DNA of 43,105 bases from Octopus sinensis (lineage: Eukaryota), in contig NW_021835019.1 of assembly GCF_006345805.1 (NCBI RefSeq), positions 1 to 43,105 on the forward strand, given 5' to 3'. Shown here piece after piece: positions 35,836 to 43,105 of the stretch. The notes beneath the pieces were generated by a model. It did not search any database. It saw only the letters and a program-made list of their open reading frames with translations, and was not told the origin of the DNA. A program made the position numbers and the translations under genes. Positions within the stretch are counted from its first letter, which is position 1. Every line of letters begins with the position of its first letter.

Positions 35836-36771
35836 TTATCTGCTGCCGGAAGCGTCTTCCAAAGTGGGTCTGTGTATTCGGAGGAGGTAGTCAAGGTGGA
35901 CCCTTGGTGCAGTGAGGTCGATGGAGAACCAGCAGGGAATGGAAGTGATGGGGATGCTGTAATACGAATTCCCAAAGCCCTTAGCCATGGATATGTTGAT
36001 GGTGGAGTATCCCGTCACTTCCTGGAGTCCTTTGTTGTCCACTTTGGTCTCTAATACCCGCCTGAAGTGCTAACATAGACTAGACTGCCCACATGGATGT
36101 CAAAAATGGGGACGACCTGCTCAAATCCCTGGATACGGACGACGGAGTGTGGTTCCCTGCCCGAGACTGGTTGTAATCGAGGGAGTGTAGGAAGACAGGG
36201 AAGGCGGCACAGTTCTGCAAGTAGACCTGATCATTGTCGTTGTATATGCGGACCCCTTCCATGGTGAGGACACTACCTTGGTGGAAGTCCTTGCAGATTT
36301 TTTTGATGATGGGCAGTCTCTGACCGGGGAACGAACTGATGGACAGTCTCGTGGTCCCCTCAAAGTTGGCCGAATTGCCTATTCCGGTGAGGACCAGGTT
36401 GGGGGAGTGAATCATGTTCAAAGTGGCAATGTTCCGGTCAAACTCGTTGTAGGCCACCCGACACCACGAAGAGGAGTCCCCCTCGCAATACATGTTCCCC
36501 TCGTCCGCTGGGGTGGGTGGGGGATTGGCCTACTTTGGCAGGGCACGTAATGGAGGGTGTTGTAACAGATTTTGGTCTTCACGTTGTTAAGAGGGAATTT
36601 GTTGGCGCACAGACAGAAGGCTTGGGCTGTCGATGTCATCCATTTCCACCGCTGTTGAGGGTGCTCAGCAACTGTGTGTTAGTGGAGGGGTACTTCTGTC
36701 CTCGAGGTGGTGTCCACTGCCTGATATATGCAATGCTCCCTGTTCACTTTGGGGTAGTGCTCGTTCTTCAT
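35836..36771 (-). CDS. SMAD: Highly divergent, shortened SMAD (partial MH1 plus MH2)
   Basis: Introns 36672-36693, 36627-36649, 36508-36533 and 36070-36092. MH1 remnant 'HCIYQ...CANKF...KICYNTLHY'; MH2 'WCRVAYNE', 'VYLQNCAAFPVFLHS', 'TINISMAKGFG..Y...ITSIPCWFSIDL'. Needs one extra base near 36145. Confidence 0.85.
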
Positions 36772-36859
36772 TGATTGTGTAATACTATTTATATTATATT
36801 AATAAAAAGGTTATTTTATTATTATTTAATAAAATATTAATAACCTTTGTTGTTGTGGT
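36772..36859. promoter_or_regulatory. 88-bp AT-rich head-to-head spacer (putative bidirectional promoter) with inverted repeat
   Basis: Lies between SMAD ATG (36771, -) and MRG15 ATG (36860, +). Perfect 10-bp inverted repeat AAAGGTTATT (36806-36815) / AATAACCTTT (36839-36848). Confidence 0.55.
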
Positions 36860-37882
36860 ATGTCCCTCACCCCCAAATTCGTTGCAAGTCCTTTATTAGT
36901 AAATATAATTAAAGATCAAAAAGTAATTTGCTTCCACGACCCTTTGATGTACGTCGGCAAAGTATGTCCCCCATAATTGTCAGTGCCTGCAAAGTCGAGT
37001 AAAGAACGACGTGCTGCAGTACCGTGTGCACTACCACGGGTGGAACAAAAAGCAGAGAATGTGGTATAATTGAGGCAGGTGGGACGAGTGGGTGACGGAA
37101 GATCGAATGATGGACTGCACCCCCGAAAACCTGGCCAAGAAGGACGCTCTGGAGGCCAAATAGTTTAGTATTGAATAATGGGCAGCAATGAAGAACACTC
37201 CAAGCCGAGGAAGCGAAAGAGTGAGGGGGTGTCAGCCGACTCGAAGCCCCCAAAAGTGGCCAGGAAGAGTGTCAGTTTGCCGGAAGAAGAATTTGTGGCG
37301 GAGGTGAGGATGCCGGAGAATCTGAAATGTGTGTTGGTGGACGACTGGCACCTGATCGAACAGAAATCGAATGTAAGGAGGTGGTAATATTCAGCTGATC
37401 AAAATCCCGACGTGCCGTCCAATAACGATGATTCTGAAGGACTTTAGTGGGTGGAAGATGGGGACTGACGGACAGTCCTGTCGGGAACCTTCCTTCGTCC
37501 AGTCAGGCCATGTCCCACAATTAGGTTTCTGGGGGAGTTCACGGGAGGGGTGGTCGACTACTTTAATTTGTCACTCGAAAAGCAACTGCTCTACCCATCC
37601 GAACGACCTCAGTTCAACTCACTGAAGAAGGAGGGGGATTGTAGGTGGGTGGAGGTGTATGGCATTGTCCACCTCCTCCGACTGTTTGGTGGCACTTGGC
37701 TTTCATTCTGTTTAGTCAAGATTGGGGAATACTTGCAGAACAGTGCCTTCTCCAGACTGGAGATTGGGGAGTTACTTCAATACATCCACTCCTTCTTCGA
37801 GTTGTCCATCTTTTCCATTTAGATTCCTCTCTTAAACATTGAGAAGTACTTTTCCTACTCCGACTACTCCCCCCTTTGTTGA
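36860..37882 (+). CDS. MRG15: MRG15 / MORF4L1 (chromo-barrel plus MRG domain)
   Basis: Spliced 'MSLTPKFVANQKVICFHDPLMYVGK...YRVHYHGWNKKWDEWV', 'LKCVLVDDWHLI', 'DYFNLSLEKQLLYPSERPQF', 'VYGIVHLLRLFVKIG'. Eight introns of 22-27 nt. Last exon needs +1 base near 37830. Confidence 0.93.
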
Positions 37883-37924
37883 CTTGGACTGTTTTCAATA
37901 TGTACTCTTATTATCAAGAGATAT

Positions 37925-38548
37925 TCACACTTTATTTAAGTAATCAGATATATAGGCAATACGCTGTTTACAGCTTCTAATTAAGTCGGGGATTGCTTTA
38001 TTTTTGAGGAAGCACTCTATCTGTTTTGATTCAATCAGGTGAGTGGCCTCTATTAAAATCTGCTGGCGGGTGACTTTGTGACGTGATGCAATGGAAGGGA
38101 TTTTCTTTTTTAGTGCTTCCAGTCCATTTGAGAGGATTCGTCGACGTTGTCTCTCCCGTTCATTGTGATGTGACCTCCGATGGCCCATCCGAGGAGTCGA
38201 GTAGGAGATTTGTTCAAAAAATGAATTGTCAGGACGGGTTGACAGATTGTCGTGGAAAATGCCCTCTGATGACTGCTCGACTGCTATAAATGTAACAGAA
38301 TGTTGACTAATTATAATATGAAAGGGTTTAAGAACTAAACGTGTACCATCTGTGGGAAGCCCTCCAAACATGAAATTCTCAAAAACATTGGTTGGATAGG
38401 AGAATTCCATTCTAGCAGAACAATGCTGTCGTGTGTCTTCTTCTGAATCTTCCGAAAAGAACCTGTTAGTATCCCGTTCAATTATTGACAGTTCTTCGTT
38501 GCTGATGTCCAGAGATTGCCAATAGGGAGTCAAGAAATAATTTTTCAT
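37925..38548 (-). CDS. Myc/Max/Mad-family bHLH(-ZIP) transcription factor, Myc-like
   Basis: 'RRSHHNERERQRRRILSNGLEALKKKIPSIASRHKVTRQQILIEATHLI' has the H..E..RR class-B E-box basic region. A probable in-frame 63-nt intron sits mid-ORF. Confidence 0.75.
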   Translation of the reverse strand: MKNYFLTPYWQSLDISNEELSIIERDTNRFFSEDSEEDTRQHCSARMEFSYPTNVFENFMFGGLPTDGTRLVLKPFHIIISQHSVTFIAVEQSSEGIFHDNLSTRPDNSFFEQISYSTPRMGHRRSHHNERERQRRRILSNGLEALKKKIPSIASRHKVTRQQILIEATHLIESKQIECFLKNKAIPDLIRSCKQRIAYISDYLNKV

Positions 38549-38750
38549 TCAGAAATAGTCGGAAAACGCCGCAACGCGTTTAAACCAGTTTTTGTTACGC
38601 CCGTGAAGTGTTACTAAAGTGGCGATTATGAAGGGAAGAGTCCTTTTGTTTATTTGTGACTGAATGACCTGACAATGAGTAAAAGCTTATTTTCAAACAT
38701 CCGGATTATCTCATAATGTGATCGATAAGTTTATTTAATATTCAAATAAT

Positions 38751-38821
38751 ATTCAAGTCATTAATAACTATTTGTAATTACATATTAAAAAAAAAAAAAA
38801 AAAAAAAATTCAAGTCATTAA
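38751..38821 (+). mobile_element. 43-bp poly(A)-tailed retro-insertion with 14-bp target-site duplication
   Basis: ATTCAAGTCATTAA at 38751-38764 and 38808-38821 flank TAACTATTTGTAATTACATATT + A21. Confidence 0.8.
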
Positions 38822-39289
38822 ACTGACATTAGTGTGGTATTTTAGACAGCTAGACACTTCTGGCAGTCTGCGACATATCTTTGATGGTCTTATGGTCGTG
38901 TTTTGCATATATCCACAGTGTGGTGGCCATACGATCAAAGAATCTGGATTTATTGATAGTTGTTGTTTTTGTATCAATTCCCATCAATAAGCCTCAGACA
39001 ATCTCCTCAAATTAATTCGGTCTATTCACAATCCTATTAAAATTTAAATCGTCAGTATTGAAATTATCATAATGTACTGGTATTTATCGATTTCAAATAA
39101 CACAAGATTTACATTTGTTCACTCTATTTATATTCTCAAACCTACTCCACCCTACAAATATGATAGAATAATCGCCAGACTTTTTAATTAATTGCACTCA
39201 TTGAAACAAGTCTATTCTCGAAGTACAAAAATAGAATGAAAAAACAGAAACTAATTTGAATCAAACTGAGAATCGATTTAAAGTTAGTG

Positions 39290-41031
39290 CAATCGAAGTT
39301 AATCACTGCAAACTCATTTGATCTGAGAGAATGGACATCCTCAACCCTCACCCCTAAAACTACCTCCGCACACCAAACCAGTCCTCAAAAACAAAAAACT
39401 GGAAATATGTTGCATCTAATATTCCCCGACTTGCCTCATGAAGCCGACCACCAAATCAGTATTGGCCAATGCAATCTCGTCATTAACTGTCATTACACTC
39501 ACAAACACACCTTTCTGGTACTGCAGTCGGGACACACTCATTTCACTGTACAAAACACAGCTGATATTAGTCTAACATAACATGTGAACTACACAACACT
39601 TGGGGTGACCACTGCTGGCCCAGGGAAGGCGACAAAGGAGAACAGATCTGCCCACTCTCCCAGTTTCATTAGTCCAGACTGCAATTTTAGCATGTTGGTG
39701 TGCCCAATGTCCGCCAATCGTCTACGAATAGTCCACAACCCACACACCGGTCAGTAGGATATTGTGTTCCCTTTTTAAATCAACCAACTCCCTCACGATT
39801 CGTGAGTCACGAATTGGGGGGTGAACTCAAACAGGAGACTGCTGAGGATGATCATATTTTAATTATAAATAAAATTCAAACGAGTAGAGTGAAGTTGAAA
39901 GAGGATTCAAGTAGTTCCCGTCCTCCTTGTTGTCTGTCCAGAATGGCTACTGTGTCCTTCACAACAAGACCAGAGCCTTCAAAAATCTAAAATATTATAA
40001 ATAATAGTACATCGACGACGTCCTTGAGGGATGACTCAGTGGTGACAACGTCCTCAATGACCAGACACTCTGTCCTTCCTCGTACTGCCCGTGCACAGTG
40101 TGTGAGTCGAACACAGTCAGGAGGGGTACGCCAGAATGTAAACCACGGCCTATAAATGGACAGATCAGAGGAGAACTGATCCAATTGGCAGAGCCCCGCA
40201 TGGAACTGAGCAAATCAAGTCGAAATCGGGAGACCTTGTGCGTATAAAGTCAGCAATGTGAGTACTGACACGTCTCTGTGGCATGATGGGTGTGGTCTCA
40301 CCAGCACGGAGGGTGGGACATTATTATTCCTCATGTCAAAATAAATCGGCGCCTCTTGGCCATTTTTTAGCATTGCTTTTTCCATAATAATTTCTATTAA
40401 TTTCCGATCCTCCGTATAAAATCAAGATCATCCGCGTATACGAGTTCCACAACTTGGTTGTCCATACATTCAATTTTTACTCTTAGGTCTCTCAGAGCTG
40501 CCTCCAGATAGACGATAAATAATATAGGCGATAGTGTGTCCCCTTGTGGGGTTCCAATATTTGTAGGAAATAGTCTAGACTCCTTAGGACCAATTCTGAC
40601 AAAAAGTTGAGTTTCCGATAATAGCATATGTATCATGCGTAGACTGTCTTCATCTACAATGTTCTTTAACACGATAAGTAGTTTACTCGTGTTGATGCTA
40701 TCAAAAGCTTTGAGCATGTCGATTCCCAGGACGTGAAAAGATCGTTTATACTTCTGACATATTGAGGACGGACGTCCAGGAGACTGTATTCCGGGAATAA
40801 TACGAAGGAATATGCTATGATCGGAGGCCGATTGAAGGATGCAGACGATCTGGACGAAATCGGAAAGAGGGCAAGACGACGGAAGGAATGGAAGGGGCTA
40901 ACAAGAAGAATAGTTAAAAACATGGCACAAGCGAAACCATAAACTTTGTTTACTGGCAACGCGAACGTGCATTAACTAACTTAACTTATGCCAATTAGGA
41001 GAGTCGTCAACTCATGGTCTGAAATTAACAT
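39290..41031 (-). pseudogene. UMPS: UMP synthase (OPRT-ODC fusion), disrupted
   Basis: OPRT 'LKNGQEAPIYFDMR', 'FDLICSVPCGALPIG', 'CLVIEDVVTT', 'ILDRQQGG'. ODC 'LADIGHT', 'WADL...PGPAVV', 'EMS', 'VVGFM'. Frameshifts, missing motifs and a LINE insertion at 40398-40986. 3' boundary approximate. Confidence 0.8.
40398..40986. mobile_element. RTE-like LINE with 5' inversion (RT core on -, C-terminus and tail on +)
   Basis: Minus 40398-~40760: 'HVLGIDMLKAFDS...GTPQGDTLSPILF...YADDLDFI'. Plus ~40760-40986: 'ILR...RLKDADDLDEI..RARRRKEWKGL' then TAACTAACTTAACTT. Confidence 0.8.
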
Positions 41032-41262
41032 TTTCAAACGTGTCTATAATATTTATTTTATACTAGCTCAGCATTTCGCTTCGCTCACTGCGAGCTAGCT
41101 CCTGCGGAGGCCCTGCTCGCTACGCTCGCAGTTTCCTTAAATAACTATAAATTTATGTAGATATATAAATGCGACCTGCTTTGATATAACCTTATTCTAA
41201 GGCCTGTGGAAAACGATGTTTGCAGTCCGTCCATCCTTGGCAAATATAAATAAATTTCTCTT

Positions 41263-42825
41263 CTACCTACCCTTGAGCACCCCACATACAGCTGGCCATG
41301 TGAAAAGCACTCGTTCTCTAAAAATAAGCCTACTACCTTTAAAGACTGTCCCTGGGCCTTGTTTATTGTCATAGCAAAACTTATCTTCAGCGGAAATTGT
41401 AGTCTCTTAAATCTATCGCAGGCCTTTCATGGTCCATAATAACGTCGACCGATTTATATATTCTTTCTCTGCCAGGGATTTTCATTAATAAATCTAAATT
41501 TATATTAAGTACCTCATCATTAAGTGGAGCTAATATAGCTCGTTCACGCAGCCAGTCGAAATTCACGTAGTGTTCAGATAGTTCGGAATAGACGGCATTC
41601 AATAATTCTTCTGCTGTTTCTACGAAAATACATAATTCTTCCGGTAGCCTAATTTTCTGGTCGTGCATTTCTGAAGTGATTGCCCCATTTCCAATATCTA
41701 GAAGGATTTGTGGGAATATGCTATTAACGCCTTGTAAATGTGCATGTACATTTACATCTAAGCTTACCTTTTTCACGTGTGTCCACAAATATGACGATTT
41801 GAGGCAGGCATTCAATTCATCCGCAGGCGTCCCTCTTTCTACCTACCCTTGAGCACCCCACATACAGCTGGCCATGTGAAAAGCACTCGTTCTCTAAAAA
41901 TAAGCCTACTACCTTTAAAGACTGTCCCTGGGCCTTGGGTACTTTTGTCGAAGTGGTCGCAGTTTTTTTAGGCCTTTTAAAAAATCTAATAATTTTTGAG
42001 GTGGAATATATTATATTTTATTTAAGTCGCTCTATCAATAATTTAAAATATTATTAACAGAAAATGCACTGCATCCTCCTTACTTATTGGGAGCTGTCGG
42101 AATTTGATGTTGCATAGTCCACAACAGAATTTTCCATGTGACCTATAGTGCCAGTTTTATATCAATATTAGGTACATGCTCGCCATAATATTAAACAAAA
42201 TTAGAAAATAAATTAGTAAAAAATTTAATAATATTTTAAATTATTGATAGAGCGACTTAAATATATAATATATTCCACCTCAAAAATTATTAGATTTTTT
42301 AAAAGGCCTAAAAAAACTGCGACCACTTCGACAAAAGTACCGGGCCTTGTTTATTGTCATAGCAAAACTTATCTTCAGCGGAAATTGTAGTCTCTTAAAT
42401 CTATCGCAGGCCCTTTCATGGTCCATAATAACGTCGACCGATTATATATTCTTTCTCTGCCAGGGATTTTCATTAATAAATCTAAATTTATATTAAGTAC
42501 CTCATCATTAAGTGGAGCTAATATAGCTCGTTCACGCAGCCAGTCGAAATTCACGTAGTGTTCAGATAGTTCGGAATAGACGGCATTCAATAATTCTTCT
42601 GCTGTTTCTACGAAAATACATAATTCTTCGGTAGCCTAATTTTCTGGTCGTGCATTTCTGAAGTGATTGCCCCATTTCCAATATCTAGAAGGATTTGTGG
42701 GAATATGCTATTAACGCCTTGTAAATGTGCATGTACATTTACATCTAAGCTAACCTTTTTCACGTGTGTCCACAAATATGACGATTTGAGGCAGGCATTC
42801 AATTCATCCGCTGGCGTCCCTCTTT
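41263..42825. repeat. 576-bp tandem duplication inside the Helitron (second copy carries the MITE)
   Basis: 41263-41838 is repeated as 41839-42825 after removing the 404-bp MITE and one 8-bp TSD copy; the copies differ by a few 1-nt indels and substitutions. Confidence 0.9.
41938..42341. mobile_element. 404-bp MITE/foldback element with ~120-bp TIRs and 8-bp TSD (Merlin-like)
   Basis: Termini GGTACTTTTGTCGAAGTGGTCGCAG...CTGCGACCACTTCGACAAAAGTACC; TSD GGGCCTTG at 41930-41937 and 42342-42349; no ORF. Confidence 0.88.
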
Positions 42826-43105
42826 GAATAATTGGCAGCGTCTGTCTAAAATCACCTGCCAATACAACTAATGCTCCCCCAAACAAATGGTCGCTACAAT
42901 TCTTGATATCTCTATATGTTCGGTCAACTGCTTGAATGCGCCTTTATGAGCCATCGTACATTCATCCCAAACAATTACCCTAGAATGCATAATTCTATTA
43001 CCCGTAGTTGAGTCTAACAGCAGTCCTGACCTTGTTCAGCTGTTTTCTAAGTTCCCTCACCATTTAAGCACATCTTCCCTCGTTTCTCTTTTTTGTTATA
43101 TGGTT

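Larger units (their letters stand above)
41063..43105 (-). mobile_element. Helitron 3' region (PIF1 helicase, internally deleted and duplicated), continues beyond the right edge
   Basis: 'IVWDEC', 'FGGALVVLAGDFRQTLP', 'NACLKSSYLW', 'RAILAPLN', '[23 protein letters not shown]', '[13 protein letters not shown]'; terminal CTAG|T at 41063-41066. Confidence 0.92.

Noticed and set aside
36909-37253. 114-aa minus-strand ORF as an upstream SMAD exon (rest of MH1)
   Set aside because: Antisense to MRG15, ends in a stop before the spacer, and shows no MH1 similarity.
35836-37882. SMAD and MRG15 as pseudogenes
   Set aside because: Each has only one single-base lesion, with intact introns and motifs; consensus error is more parsimonious until reads are checked.
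38830-39000. LTR-retrotransposon integrase zinc finger ('RYVADCQKC')
   Set aside because: Only a CxxC-like match amid stops; no supporting HHCC spacing, DDE core or LTRs.
1-43105. rRNA, tRNA, snRNA genes or a prokaryotic/viral origin
   Set aside because: No cloverleaf, A/B-box or rRNA/snRNA signatures were noticed by eye (a covariance-model scan was not run); spliceosomal introns and animal genes indicate a metazoan nucleus.

Overview
AT-rich, gene-dense eukaryotic nuclear DNA from a metazoan (SMAD, nesprin-like, Myc/Max-type bHLH, NEK4). Spliceosomal introns are ultra-short: most that I resolved by hand are 22-28 nt. This best fits a dicyemid-type genome (inference). The ORF track therefore fragments real genes and misses small ones. 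Host genes: a giant CH-CH/spectrin-repeat nesprin-like gene running off the left edge, NEK4, IP3 3-kinase, MRPL52, a 79-aa orphan membrane microprotein, VAP, a WIPI1/2-like PROPPIN, LANCL, an orphan with a possible permuted papain-like signature, a miniaturised SMAD, MRG15, a Myc-like bHLH and a decaying UMPS. These are interleaved with many mobile elements: Helitron pieces, Tigger/pogo, a hAT fragment, a Tc1/IS630 remnant, a Merlin-like MITE, and Ingi/I-like, RTE-like, R4-like and CRE-like non-LTR retrotransposons, plus a ~94-bp tandem array. Best leads: (1) UMPS caught in decay, with a LINE in exon 1 and ODC catalytic motifs gone; (2) a PROPPIN with coordinated loss of one phosphoinositide site; (3) a SMAD lacking the DNA-binding hairpin, linker and SSXS, sharing an 88-bp palindromic spacer with MRG15; (4) GC-AG micro-introns; (5) a PHD-finger CRE retrotransposon; (6) two orphan small genes. 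All calls come from manual translation and remembered family motifs; no searches were run. Boundaries of degenerate elements are approximate (about +/-30 bp). Several single-base frameshifts in the right half are probably consensus errors. No rRNA, tRNA or CRISPR was seen.
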